DNA of 63,241 bases, filler included, from Kipferlia bialata (Eukaryota), in the NCBI GenBank assembly GCA_003568945.1. It is 7 parts of 7 records of this genome, joined end to end, with 100 filler letters (N's around TTAATTAATTAA, not from the genome) between each part and the next. Parts side by side here need not be neighbours in the genome. Positions count along the whole stretch, not along the records: positions 21,500 to 32,141 come from BDIP01001387.1; positions 32,242 to 42,879 come from BDIP01001388.1; 5 more parts are not named here. One strand, given 5' to 3'. Positions 27,401 to 40,721 of the stretch are shown piece by piece (position 1 is the first letter of the stretch; each line of letters starts with the position of its first letter). The translations under genes were made by a program, and so were the position numbers. The notes beneath the pieces were generated by a model. The model made no database searches. It was not told where the DNA came from and saw only the letters and a program-made list of their open reading frames with translations.

Positions 27401-30400
27401 GTTTGTAACATATGCATTCCGCATTAGTGTTCATTACTATCACTTGTCTTACCCCCAGACCCCATCGACCGCACCACCATCCAGCTGGCCCATACTCTCC
27501 TATATATATATATATATATATCGTATATACATATATACATATATATGTATGTATAATAATGTATGTATATATAGCGTGTCTCATACTCAGACCCCATCGA
27601 TCGCACCACCATCCAGCTGGCCCGTACCCTCTGCCACCGGCCTGACCTAGTGATAGTCAAGGCAGGGGACGGGTTCTCAAGGGAGATCCTTAAAAGGCTC
27701 CAGGTATAGCTAGAAGTATATATGTCCCAAGCTAGTATATAGTCAAGGCAGGGGACGGGTTCAGCAGGGAGATACTAAAGAGATTGCAGGTACATATAAC
27801 AATTGCCTATATAAATACTTACTGTATATATTCATGCAGTACAGAAGTATTAGGTATACCTAGTGATAGTCAAGGCAGGGACGGGTTCAGTAGGGAGTTC
27901 AGGCTCATAACTGTTGTTACTTACTCAATACTAATTAGTTGTTCTGTCTGTTCATCTATTAGTGGAAATATTGGATTGCTATTCTAATGACAGGCCGGCC
28001 ATTCCATTGGCCTAGTGATTGTTAACAATAGTTCTAGTTTTCATATTTTCTTGTTCTTATATCAAGGCCGGCCATTCCATTGGACTTGTGATTGTGGGCA
28101 CCAAGGCTGAGATTGAGGCTGAGCTCAAGGAGACTGGGGGTACTGATGCGTCAGACTCTTCTTACACTGGGGGTACTGGGGGAGAGGGAGAGAGAGAGTG
28201 GCGCTTCCTGGACTTCATGGAGTCCAGGGTCAGGCTGCCCCTGTCGCTCTCACTCGCTAGGTTAGTGTTTTACATCTTTACACTATATATAGGCTAGGTG
28301 GGTACTGTGGTACCATTAATTCTTCTTATCTAACATTTCATTCAGTTGCAAGGTGTATGTCCATGTGTTTTCCTACTTGTGTATCATTCATATCTTCCTC
28401 ATCCCAGGAAGTCCTCCATGTCTGTGCTCAGACTGTAATACTCTTTCCCANNNNNNNNNNNNNNNNNNNNNNNNNNNNNNNNNNNNNNNNNNNNNNNNNN
28501 NNNNNNNNNNNNNNNNNNNNNNNNNNNNNNNNNNNNNNNNNNNNNNNNNTATATTATGTGTCTATCCTCATCCCAGGAAGTCCTCCATGTCTGTGCTCAG
28601 ACTGGCACCCGTGTCCATGGAGCCAGAGTACAAGGTATACAATATACTTCTTTATATAGTATTGGTATTTATATAGTATATATAATGGATATTCATGTGT
28701 ATCCTTATATATATATTCGTATCGGTGTCCATGGAGCCAGAGTACAAGGTATAGACATATATATTATTATATATATATATATGTATAGATAAATATATAT
28801 AAATACATAAATGCAATGGTCTGGTGCCCGTGTCCATGGAGCCAGAGTACAAGGTACACAGTATGTCATATATTCATACTCTTATATATACTTCTATATA
28901 TGTATGTATATTCATGTGTACTCTACCAATTCTCATCCAGAGTACAAGGTAACATGTGCCTTTACTTCAACATCGTTTGACTATATTGTATACATGGTGT
29001 TTAGTTGTTCTTGATGGACATGGATATGCACTCACCCCAGAGTGTCCTGTCCCTCCACGTCACTGAGGACCCCCCTCTCTACTCCAGACCAACATCCATG
29101 CACTGCCTGACAGGCAGTGTCGAAGGGGGAGATGGTAAGTTATATATATATTAATATTTATACATTTACTGGTAGGAAATATGTATGTCACTAGCTGTGA
29201 GTTTGTGTTCCTATTCTCCAGCTGACTCAGGCCATGAGAGCATCGCCTCCATCCTAGCTAAGCATGAGGAAGCAGAGAGGGAGAGGGAGAGAGAGGTCCA
29301 GAGGGGGGTCATAGCAAGGTATGATTACACTGTCACCACACCTCTCTCTATGTATTGCGTGGTCTCTCCATCTCCTTTTGTCTGTATATATATACACTGT
29401 ATATATATACACTGTGTCTAACCCAGGCGCCGCAAGGGTCTCTATGGTGAGCTGTCTCTGGGTCATGATGATGACCACACAGTGCCAATGAGAGGGTGGG
29501 TGGATATACACATGACTACAAGGCCTAGCACAGTATCCATCACCCTTTGTGAATATCTTGTATGTGACCATATATATCCCCTCACCCCCAGGTACCGTGG
29601 TCAGACCAGGGAGGAGAGGCGGAGACAGAAGGAGGAGGCCAGGCGTCTCAAGCAGGTATGTATTCTGTAACACACACAAGCCGTATTGATTCTTAGCAAA
29701 ATTGGAACATATTATTGTCATATGCAATACAGTCTTGCCCTTTTGGTCGTTCAACTGTACCTCTCTATGTCTAACCCCAGCTGGAGTGGGAGAGGAAGGA
29801 CCATGCCAAGAAGGTTGCTGCCGGCCCCTCCTTCTCCTCTGCATTCAACCTCTCCAGCACATTAGAGATAGTGCTCATAGTGGGCATAGTGCTCAGTCTC
29901 GCACTGACTACTGTGGAGGTAAGATATATTAAGACTTGTATACACTTCTTTTGCTCTCTGGAGATAGTGCTCATTGTGGGCATAGTGCTCAGTCTTGCAC
30001 TCACTACTGTGGAGGTATGACTGGTTATGGCTATTATATAATAATTATATAATAGTAATTATTATATTATATATACCTCTCCAGCACCCTGGAGATAGTG
30101 CTCATTGTGGGTATAGTGCTCAGTCTGGCTCTAACAACTGTGGAGGTAAGATATATTAAGAGATGTATACACTTCTTTAGCACCCTAGAGATAGTGCTCA
30201 TTGTTGGTATTGTCTTGAGCCTGGCTCTAACAACTGTGGAGGTATATATGATACTCTATTCCCATATATATAGCACCTTAGAGATAGTGCTCATTGTCGG
30301 CATTGTGCTCAGTCTTGCACTCACTACTGTGGAGGTATGAGTGTTCTTTGTGATATACATATATTATATCCACATTTGCATTGACACCCAGGAAACAGCT

Positions 30401-32088
30401 CTCACAGGTTTTCATCCAATGTGATATAAGCCAGTATTGTCTATTAACTAGTACATTGACACCCAGGCCCTGAAGCAGCTGTCGGAGTGGTCACTGCCAC
30501 CAGGGGAGAGTGAGAGGTATCGGAATTATTGTATAGATGTAGATATCAATTCTATGATCAATGGTTCGTTCAGTGCACATATTACAGATCCTGCCACCAC
30601 GGGAGAGTGAGAGGTGTGGCATTTGCCGCATTTCACACAATATTGTAGATACCAGTACTAGTGAGCTCATTCTTGTTCTTCAGATTATATATGTAAGTAT
30701 ATATATCCCTAACCCCAGCATCACTGTCTACATGGCATCCTTCCAGGGCTATATGATTGTGGTAGGACTGCTGTTCCTGGCGAGAGACGTCACAATCAGC
30801 ATGACAGGTGTATTCATTATTATATATATATATACATGTGTGAATATATACATTCATTATATATGTATATATATATATTCATTATTCAGTATTATGTATA
30901 GTAGTGTACTATATTGTGTATTACAGTGTATATATGTGTTAACCCCAGGTGTGAGCTATGCCCGCAGTGTCTACAAGCGCCTTGTCCGTTCCACCTTCTT
31001 CGCCAGTCTCGACTCATACTGCACAGGTATTTACATTCATATACACACATGTATATATCCCAGTAGCAGTAGCAGTATATTCATGTGACTATACGTATAT
31101 AGTACTGACACGCTCCACCTTCTTTGCCAGTCTCGACTCATACTGGACAGGTATGAGAGAACGTATATGTACTACTATCAGTATCACCGTGGCAATATAA
31201 TTGGAGTAAATGTACCAAATATGTACTACATATAACACCAGGTGGGGGTGACCCCGATGCCTCCAAGCCAGAGAGGACAGTCAGGGGGATACCAATCAGG
31301 TATGAATGGTATTTGTATATATAGGCGTGATATTTGTATATATAGGCGTATGGAATGGTCCTATCAGGGATAGTGCACTGAATGTGTTCTGTCACAAATA
31401 TTCCTGGCTGACCCTTCAGGATCCTCCGCTTTGTCTCTGAGGACATTGCAGAGAACCTCGGCAGGGGACCCGGGCCAGGTACACATCTCTCTCTCTCTCT
31501 CTCTGTCTGTCTATGCATATCATCCCTCTCTATATTCATATAGTTCTCACCCCCAGCCTCCTCCGTCATCACAGCATGTCCTACTTAATGCCTATCACTG
31601 CAATATTTGGCCGTGCCTTTTATACAAATGTAATTATGTGTATGACTTACCCTTAGCCTACTCCGTCATCATTGCTGTCTCTAGGGCTGCTATCACGGCC
31701 TATCTCATCATCGAGTCCCTGCCATTCTGGAGGACGGCATCCCTGCTCATGAACCTCAGAAACAGGTACAGTTACCATACATATACAGTTCGGATGAACC
31801 TCAGAAACATGTATACTATATACTATATGTACTATTAGTAAGTATATGGTACTATTTGAGAGTACTATTGGAGGACTACATCCCTCCTCATGAACCTCAG
31901 AAACAGGTACATTTACTATATCTATTTACAGTATTCTTCCATATTTGGCAATAGTTCCTCTGTTGTTGCTGAGACTGTTTGTCCTTGTTTGTGTATGTGA
32001 CCTCACCTCCAGCCTTCTGTTTGCGGGTCCCATCACCATCCTCATGGCCATACCCCTGTACATTGCATCCAACACAGCACACAAGAAG
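21641..32088 (+). CDS. Divergent ABCC/MRP-type transporter (TMD1, degenerate NBD1, TMD2), partial at both ends
   Basis: Spliced exons: ARQSLFSESVESLQSIR | MQSLEDDVLSQLGLLWRKE | ... AYTQSLQRLQLFFS (end of ABCC TMD1). NBD-fold exons NPIACGFDLTVRKGDRVGIVVGENTK, PYILP|GTVLENVCMG and TIQLARTLCHRPDLVIVK. TMD2 exons GVSYARSVYKRLVRSTFFASLDSY and PIR|ILRFVSEDI. Confidence 0.75.
28405..28950 (+). repeat. Exon-fragment array of the exon KSSMSVLRLAPVSMEPEYK (spans an N gap at 28451-28549)
   Basis: 'gtgtccatggagccagagtacaaggt' at ~28611, ~28725 and ~28830, short remnant at ~28937; 5' fragment at ~28405. Confidence 0.85.
29581..29591 (+). promoter_or_regulatory. Representative fused branch point / 3' splice site (CTCACCCCCAG)
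   Basis: The motif YTNACC(C)CAG precedes most inferred exons (plus strand ~21631, ~24511, ~29417, ~29771, ~30709; seen as ctggggtgag/ctggggttag for minus-strand genes). Confidence 0.85.
29856..30336 (+). repeat. Five tandem copies of the exon 3' end (S)TLEIVLIVGIVLSLALTTVE plus GT donor
   Basis: Copies end at 29918, 30014, 30145, 30241 and 30334, each followed by GT. Confidence 0.95.
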
Positions 32089-32089
32089 G

Positions 32090-32141
<52 letters not shown>

Positions 32142-32241
32142 NNNNNNNNNNNNNNNNNNNNNNNNNNNNNNNNNNNNNNNNNNNNTTAATTAATTAANNN
32201 NNNNNNNNNNNNNNNNNNNNNNNNNNNNNNNNNNNNNNNNN
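32142..32241. other. Artificial contig linker
   Basis: N44-TTAATTAATTAA-N44. Confidence 0.99.
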
Positions 32242-32291
<50 letters not shown>

Positions 32292-32649
32292 GGTGATAGT
32301 AACTGGAATTGAGGGAGGGAGAGAGATAGGGATACAGAGATGCTTTGGGGTATCCCTAGTGTCTAGGGGTCAGTTATAGGGATATATTGATGTATAGACA
32401 TGCAGAGCAATGGGTCAGAGTGAAAGAGGACAACCAATGGATTGGATCCAGTCACATACAGTCTGACTCACTGACTGTTGGTTGTTAGGGGAGGGTATGT
32501 GTGCTCATCGGTGTATGGCTGCAGAGTAGAAGAAGGCTATACACACTATGCATCATGGCATGACACAGTACACCAAACAATACTGGCAGATGAGTGTGGC
32601 TCAATCGATGGGAGTCCCATTGAAGAAGAAGCAAGTATCACAAACCAAC

Positions 32650-33035
32650 CTCTCACATGATATGTACGAGCTCTAGAGACCACTAAAGAGAGGGCGGAAA
32701 GGTATACAGCCCTCGTACATAATTGATCCAGAGTGCCAAAAAGAAGACGCTGACAAACGACATGTAGCCAACCCACTTACCCTCACTGGCAGTGACCCTG
32801 TATAGGTCAGTCACGGATGTGGTGGCGCCCCCCTGTGTGTAGGCCTCTAGCTCCTGCCTAAGCACCGCATCCACGTCGTATCTGGGTGGTGAATAGAAAT
32901 CACATTTGAAAAGACGGTCAAAAGCATGGTATCGATGGTATAGACATATATGTACCACACTTACCCGGCTAGGGTATCAGAAAGAACGCCTGCAACCAGG
33001 AGAACTGCTACTAGCAGTGTTGATAGGCGAATCAT
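32650..33035 (-). CDS. Small secreted hypothetical protein (3' end unresolved)
   Basis: ATG at 33035, MIRLSTLLVAVLLVAGVLSDTLAG (signal-peptide-like) |gtaagt...ccacccag| YDVDAVLRQELEAYTQGGATTSVTDLYRVTASE |gtaagt...tttag| VVSRARTYHVR; splice phases are compatible. Confidence 0.55.
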
Positions 33036-33629
33036 GGTGGATACTCTTCAAAGAAGAAGGATCTCGACTGAGTGCTTGAGTTGGTCAATTTCTTGCTTTT
33101 CATTTTGGAACAGAGTTTTGATTCTGAAATCGCATCAACTTCCAAACATAAATGTCAAATCAAACGACCTTTCATTATATCAAAGAACGCAGCACACATC
33201 TCTTTACTACCAACAAGATACTTTCCTCATTTCAACTGATGTGTAGTATTCATATACTGTCTCGAGGAAGAGAGTCAAATCCATGAGGAGTCAGCACTGT
33301 GATACCACCTACACCCTTTTGTTGAATGAGAATCAAAAAATCGTCCTAAGGGGATAGGGTGCCTCATACAGATTGTCTCGTTAACAAAGAAGAATGGTGT
33401 GGTAGCCAGCCATAGGAGTAGGCACCACAATGGAGCACCCCAATGCAAAAATGGGCACTTGAGGGTGCAGAAAGAGACAATTTGCAAATATTATGTCTCT
33501 CTGTGTGTCTCTCCTTCTGTCTACCTCCATATAGTCTATGTAGGAGTCCGGTTGGCATGCATGGAGAACAAGTGGCAAAGCACTCTCCCTGTCTCCCTCT
33601 CTGTCTCTCTCTCTCTCTCCCTCTCCCCC

Positions 33630-36600
33630 TCAGTCTACATAGTCTAGATAGGACCCAGGCTGGGTTGACAGGGTGTCTCTGCCAAGGGCCCTGATATCAC
33701 ATGGACATGCATGTTATTATATAGGGAATGGTATAATGTATTGAGACAGAGAGAGAGAGCTTAGGCTGGGATGACAGGGTGTCTCTGCCAAGAGCCCTGA
33801 TATTAGTGGATATAGAGATATATATAGAGAGAGGGACAGTACCTCAATAGTGTCATAAGTGACCCATCTGTGTCACACCGGCCTATGAGGGTATTGTCCC
33901 TGACCTTCGGTGAGGCAGTGACGACACATGTTGAACATGAAATCCCACAATTGAATAGATATCCCCTCGCTCTCATGTATACTGTATATGTATATATATG
34001 TATGCTGTGGAAGAGCAGGCACGGGCATAACAATAAATTATTATGTATGTGTATACATAAGTATATACACGCAAGTGCATACACTATACCTCCACCACGG
34101 GTTCCCATCAATATAACACTGTCATACGTATATATAATAGCATACATATATATACTTTGATACATATATATATATATATATATACCCATACTATCACCAC
34201 GGGTTCCTTTCCCTGTGCCCTGTGAGACGCAAGTATGTATATATGTATATATATATATATAGATATACACCATACCTCCACCACTGACTCCCCTCCCTGT
34301 CCCCCTGAGACATGGCCTCTCTCTCGCCTGGGGGGTAAGAGGTATTCACATCAGTATATACAATATAGGCATGTATAATATATACTATATACATGAGTGT
34401 ATATATATATGTAGGAATATGTATATACATGTCCCCCTGAGACATGGCCCCTCTCTCGCCTGAGGTAAGGGGTATATGTATTACTATATACAGTAATATA
34501 GAGTACATCATATGGTATACATATATACGTGTATTACTACATGTGCCCCTGAGACATGGCCTCTCTCTCGCCTGAGGGGTGAGTAGAAGTACTACATGTA
34601 TAGGTATTCTGTAGGTATTCTATATACTAATGTATGCGTACATATATATGTAGGAATATGTATATTCATGTCCCCCTGAGACATGGCCTCTCTCTCGCCT
34701 GAGGGGTGAGTGAATGAATGTATACTAATATGTATTCACAGTATACATTCGCCTGATACGTGAGTATAGGTATACAGTATGTATACTATATACATATATT
34801 AATGAGTACATATATAGGTAGATATATGTATATACCTGTGCACATCTGCGGCTGTGTCCGTGGGTCTCCTCTTGCTGCCTGGGTATAAGGGTAAAGGTAC
34901 TCATAACTGGATCCAAATCATATACAGATACAGAGGAATCTGAGTGTATATACACATACCCGGTGGAAAATTCCCCTATTGCTAACATATATGAATAGAT
35001 AGACATCACTCAAACGTAGTAAATATTTATACATTTACATATATTCCTCACCTGGTGGTACAGTGAGCGAGTCCTGTATCCTACCCCTCTGTGCCAGTCT
35101 AACTACCCTGGTATCAACGTATAGTGAACGGAAGACCGTATATACATCAGGGGGTATATATACCTACTGAGCCGTCTCTCTATCTGTTCCTTGGAGTTGT
35201 TGGGGGGTAGGGACGCTATGCCCCTGTTATCGGAGGGAATGGCACGGCCTGGCCTGACAATAAGGGTGTAGAAGGAGAGAGAGAGAGAGAGATAGAGAGG
35301 TGTGTGGCTCCAGCACTCCAGCATATAGAGAAATACACTTACACTATATTATACACTCACTTGTATACATACATACTCTTATAGTATACGGCATACTCAC
35401 TTAAGAGGTATATATTCCTATACAATATGGATAGATATCTTAATATTTAAGTAAATACGTTACAATAATACATTTCAATACACTACATAGACACAATATA
35501 CATACTTTAGAGCTGCCACTATCCCCTGTATCTCCAGGGGCGTGGGTGCAGCACTCCGGGGCAGATATACATATAGGGTATATACATTTACGAATATACT
35601 ATATATATACAACNNNNNNNNNNNNNNNNNNNNNNNNNNNNNNNNNNNNNNNNNNNNNNNNNNNNNNNNNNNNNNNNNNNNNNNNNNNNNNNNNNNNNNN
35701 NNNNNNNNNNNCAATGCCCTGTATCTCCAGGGGTGTGGGTGCAGCACTCCAGGGCAGATATACATACACTATATATACATATATGCCTATACACTGTATA
35801 TATACTCACTTCAGAGCTGCCACTATGCCCTGTATCTCTAAGGGTGTGGGTGCAGCACTCCAGGGCAGGATGCAGACAGGGAAGCCAGACATCTCTACAC
35901 GCCTCTCGCCTATCGAGTAAGAAGAGTGGTATAGGGATACATTCAACTGGGTATACATGGTAAAATTACATGTATATATACTATACACGTGTATGATGCA
36001 CACGGGGAAGCCAGACATCTCCACACGCCTCTCGCCTATCGAGTAAGAGTAGGAATGCGAATAATGAGTATCGAATATTCATGTATACGTATACATACAT
36101 GAAGTAGATATAAAAGTCAGACATCTCTACATTAGAAAAGACAGAGAAACAGTTATTGATGGGATATCGCCTATCGTGTATGCATTTCTATATCCATATG
36201 TTTGTAGACATATTTACCTTGGAATGTATCCTCTGCCGACCTGCGCTCAGGTGACAGCACCAGTATATGTATACACCACTACCGTGTGCATATAGTGATA
36301 TATATAGTGATATATATAGTAATAGAGTACACACACCTTGGAATGTGTCCTCTGCCGACCTGGGCTCAGGTGACAGCACCAGTATGTGGGGTCTACTGGT
36401 GTGTGTGTCATGAGGGCTATTGAGGGCATCGGACATCTGGGGTGAGGGTATGTACATACAGACAGCACAGAATGTGTACACAATACCCCAATATTCATAA
36501 ATGTGAATGAGAAGTGGTACTTGAATGTGTAGGTATACATATATATACATATATGTATATATAGTATATACCTCCTGCTCCACCACTGACTGCAGCCACA

Positions 36601-37137
36601 GGTCCATGGCCTCTACACCCTTATTAAGGTCATGGCCTGAGTTAGTATAGACATTTTCATCTATATATATGAGAATGTATTAGAAACTGTCATGATACAT
36701 ACTAAAACATGCATATCGTCATGGATTCTACAGTATATATGAAAATAGTATAGTATATATATCATATCCATACCCATAGCAGTCTGCTCCAGCTGTCGTG
36801 GACATGCCCTCATGTGCACTACTAGCTCGGTCTTGCCACTAAAGGGTAAGAAATACTATCAATATACAAGTAGAGAGACACAGAGAGAGAGAGAGAGAGG
36901 GAGGGAGAGAGAGAGGTTCATGTAGCTCAGTCTTGTCACTGGTATAAGTATATTACATCTTACTATTAGTTAATGTCTATAGTATGGAGTGTAACACTAT
37001 ACATGTCTCACATGTGCACAACAGTCTTGCCACTAACGTGTAAGAAGTATGAGGGATGGGTAAAAACGTATATATAACACGTCCTCATGTGCAAAACCGT
37101 TAGAGCTTAGAAACTATATCACGGAATATCAATATAC

Positions 37138-37190
<53 letters not shown>

Positions 37191-37282
37191 CTCATGTGCA
37201 TCACCAGCTCAGTCTTGCCACTAATTGGTAGGGTATACTTCTAAGTATTATAATAGATGAGAGGATATGAAAATAAGGGTGT

Positions 37283-37320
<38 letters not shown>

Positions 37321-37761
37321 ACTGCCCTGATGAAGGTGTATGCCTCTCCAGAGTATTTATATTGTGTACATACATACATACACACTGGTATATATGTATG
37401 TGTATATATATATATACACATACACACCTGCTCTGGTGGAGGTGTCTGCCCCTCCTGAGTTCACACCAGTCAAAGGCTGGGGTCAGACGTCAAGTACAAT
37501 ATATGTATATATACATATATATACAAGTACAATATATACAATGTATATATATATTTATATGTATATATATGTATATGTATATAGTCTCCTGAGTTCACAC
37601 CAGTCAAAGGCTGGGGGTCAGACAACAAGTATTATTATACATATAGTATATATATAGTATATACATACACACACATATATATAGGCATCTGCTGAGTTCA
37701 CACCAGTCAAAGGCTGGGGGTCAGACAACAAGTATTATACAAATATAATTATATATATACA

Positions 37762-37792
<31 letters not shown>

Positions 37793-39156
37793 GGCATCTG
37801 CAGAGTTCACACCAGTGAAAGGCTGAGAGTAAGGGCATTACGGAATACATATTCACTGAAATAACAATACACGCATATGTATATACATATATATAATATA
37901 AACATAATTATATATAGGCATCTGCTGAGTTCAGGCTGGGGGTGAGGTCACTAAGGAGAAGGAACAGAAACAGAGCTTAGTGCATGTATATGGCGAACTA
38001 TCACGACAGAAGGTTAGATCCATAAAGTCACTATAGGCCATACTATGTACATCTCTCTAACAGTAATCCCTACCTCTGCTCCCCTCGTCTGCCGCCTTCC
38101 TTAAGGAGTTCATATATATCCATTTTACATATTCAATGGTATACATATACACATAGCAATGCCAAGTACCTCTGCTCCCCTCGTCTGCCGTTGGGACGTA
38201 CTGGGGCACCCTGAGGTGAATACAGATATATGTGTGTAAGGCAAATTATTATATGTATATATACACGACTATACAATACAGAGTATAGAGTATACTATAT
38301 GTTGGGACGTACTGGGGCACCCTGGGGGTGAGTATGTGTTGATATGTATTCACACACATATATATATATGGCTATATAGTAAATACGACCACGACCAGCA
38401 TAGGCCAGTAAATGTGTATATACATACACCAATCATTTATCCTACAATACCTCAGTACTCCTGATAAGGCAGTGTCGCACCTACATACAGAGCACATGAC
38501 AGGTGGGGTATATGTATATATACATATGATAACCAATGTATATACATACATATATATGAGTATATACTATGCCTAAGTACACCAGAGAGTGCTGCCTCAC
38601 ATCCTCCATACACTGCACATGACAGGTGGGGTATAGTATATGTATCAACGTATAAATAGTATATATGAATATATGAATATATACTATGCCTAAGTACACC
38701 AGAGAGTGCTGCCTCACACCCCCCATACACTGCACATGACAGGTGGGGTATAGTATATGTATCAACGTATATATATACATATAGTATATATACTATACCT
38801 AAGGACTCCTGATAAGGCAGCTTCACACCCCCCATACACAGCACATGACAGGTGGGGAATGGTATACATACTACGTGTATATAGTATATGTATGGTGGGT
38901 TTTACCTGAGGACTCCCGATAGAGCAGCTTCACATCCTCCATACACTGCACATGACAGGTGGGGTATTTGTATATATACATATGACAACCATTGTATATA
39001 TACATACATTAGTAGTATATATGAATATATACTATACCTAAGTACCCCAGACAGTGCAGCTTCACACCCCCCATACACTGCACATGACAGGTGGGGTGGG
39101 TGGGGGGTACCCTGGGGGGCAGACAGAAAGGCCTCTCTAGTGTGAATAAAGGGTGT

Positions 39157-39195
<39 letters not shown>

Positions 39196-40690
39196 GAGGG
39201 GTACCCTAAGGGGCAGACAGAAAGGCCTCCCTAGTGTGAAGAAAGGGTGTAGGGAGAGAGAGAGAGAGAGAGAGAGAGAGCAGGTGGGGGGTACCCTGGG
39301 GGGCAGACAGAAAGGCCTCCCTGGTATTAGAAAAGGGTGTAGGGAGAGAGAGAGAGAGAGAGAGAAGTTGACGGGTACCCTGGGGGGCGGACAGAAAGGC
39401 CTCCCTAGTGTGAATAAAGGGTGTAGGGAGAGAGAGAGAGAGAGAGAGAGAGGGCGGGGGGAGAGAAAACCCCACCATACAGAGGAATGCACATTGGAGA
39501 ACAAGTGCTATAGATATACCTAGCGAATGCGACAGCCGCTGTCAGTACGGTGTCCCTGGCTGGGAACTCTCTCTCCCTATAAGTATATGCACAATATATA
39601 AATGTACATACATGTACTATAGTTATGTATACCTTGCGAATGCAACAGCCGCTGTTAGTACGGTGTCCCTTGCTGGGAACTCTCTCCTGCTACCACCAAA
39701 GTAGACACAGTCCAGTACTAGTGTATTGCATTCAGCCTGAGGGTTAGAAGATGAATACTTATAATAATATATCTGCATACTTATGTATGTATATATATAT
39801 ATGTATACTAATTTGATAACGCCAAAGCAGACACAGTCCAGTACCAGGGTGTTACACTCTGCCTACTGGTTAGAACTCAAATACTACAGTCCAATACCTG
39901 TGTGTGTTATACACACACTCTCTACCATATATATATATATATATATCTATATGACTATAATACTCACCTTGACCACTTTCAGTGCCTCCTGGATGTGTGA
40001 TATGACCTGGGGGTGAGGGTAAGTATGGATCATGTATCTAACTCGTAATAACAAAGATAGTACCACAACAAGCAATACAAATATCATACATTCTAGTAGA
40101 ACACCAACCTGGCTGTCTCCGGCCAGGGATGGTGGCATGATATATGTATCAATGTCCATACCCATATATATGAATGCACGTATATGCATATACGCATGAA
40201 CCCACCTGGCTGTACATACTCATATACACATATATACATATATTAATCTAGGTGCACATACGCATGTACCCACCTGGCTGTCTCCGGCCAGAGAAGGTGG
40301 CAGGTACACACAGGCCTGGATGGTTAGATTGAAGTGTGTAAATGACAATATCACCATAAGTATAATAGTAATAATATATCATGTACACACAGGCCTGGAT
40401 GGTTAGGCTATGAAACACAGAACTGGACAAACACTAAGAGTATTGAGAGAAAGAGCAAATCATATAATATACCTGGTAATTGTGCCCTAATCTACGTGTA
40501 TCTGTCTCTCTCTCCCATAGTACAATCATGGCTGAGGCACCCAATACTACTATGTATATACTAATTATATATAAACATATATGTATGTATAGTACCTGAT
40601 AATTATGCCCCAGCCTCCTAGTGTCTGTCTCCCTCTCCCACAACACAACCATGGCAGAGGCACCAACATAATAAGAATAGTAAACTACTT

Positions 40691-40721
<31 letters not shown>

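Noticed and set aside
29856..30336. Classical mutually exclusive exons (Dscam-like)
   Set aside because: The copies encode an identical peptide and lack the 5' portion of the exon, so they give no isoform diversity and have incompatible phase.
32242..32290. Long poly-G/poly-C runs (also ~21512, ~42995, ~53579, ~53720)
   Set aside because: They sit at contig ends where sequencing and assembly break, so their lengths are unreliable and no function can be argued.
32650..32800. Cystatin assignment for the small secreted protein (EVVSRARTYHV versus QVVAG.NY)
   Set aside because: The QxVxG motif is not conserved and the 3' exons are unresolved; the similarity is too weak.
38450..39412. CRISPR-like repeat/spacer appearance of the arrays (also 18290-18815, 29856-30336, 37427-37940)
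   Set aside because: The repeats are pieces of spliceosomal exons with splice sites and codon-position variation. The spacers are variable-length microsatellite. There are no cas genes and the context is eukaryotic.
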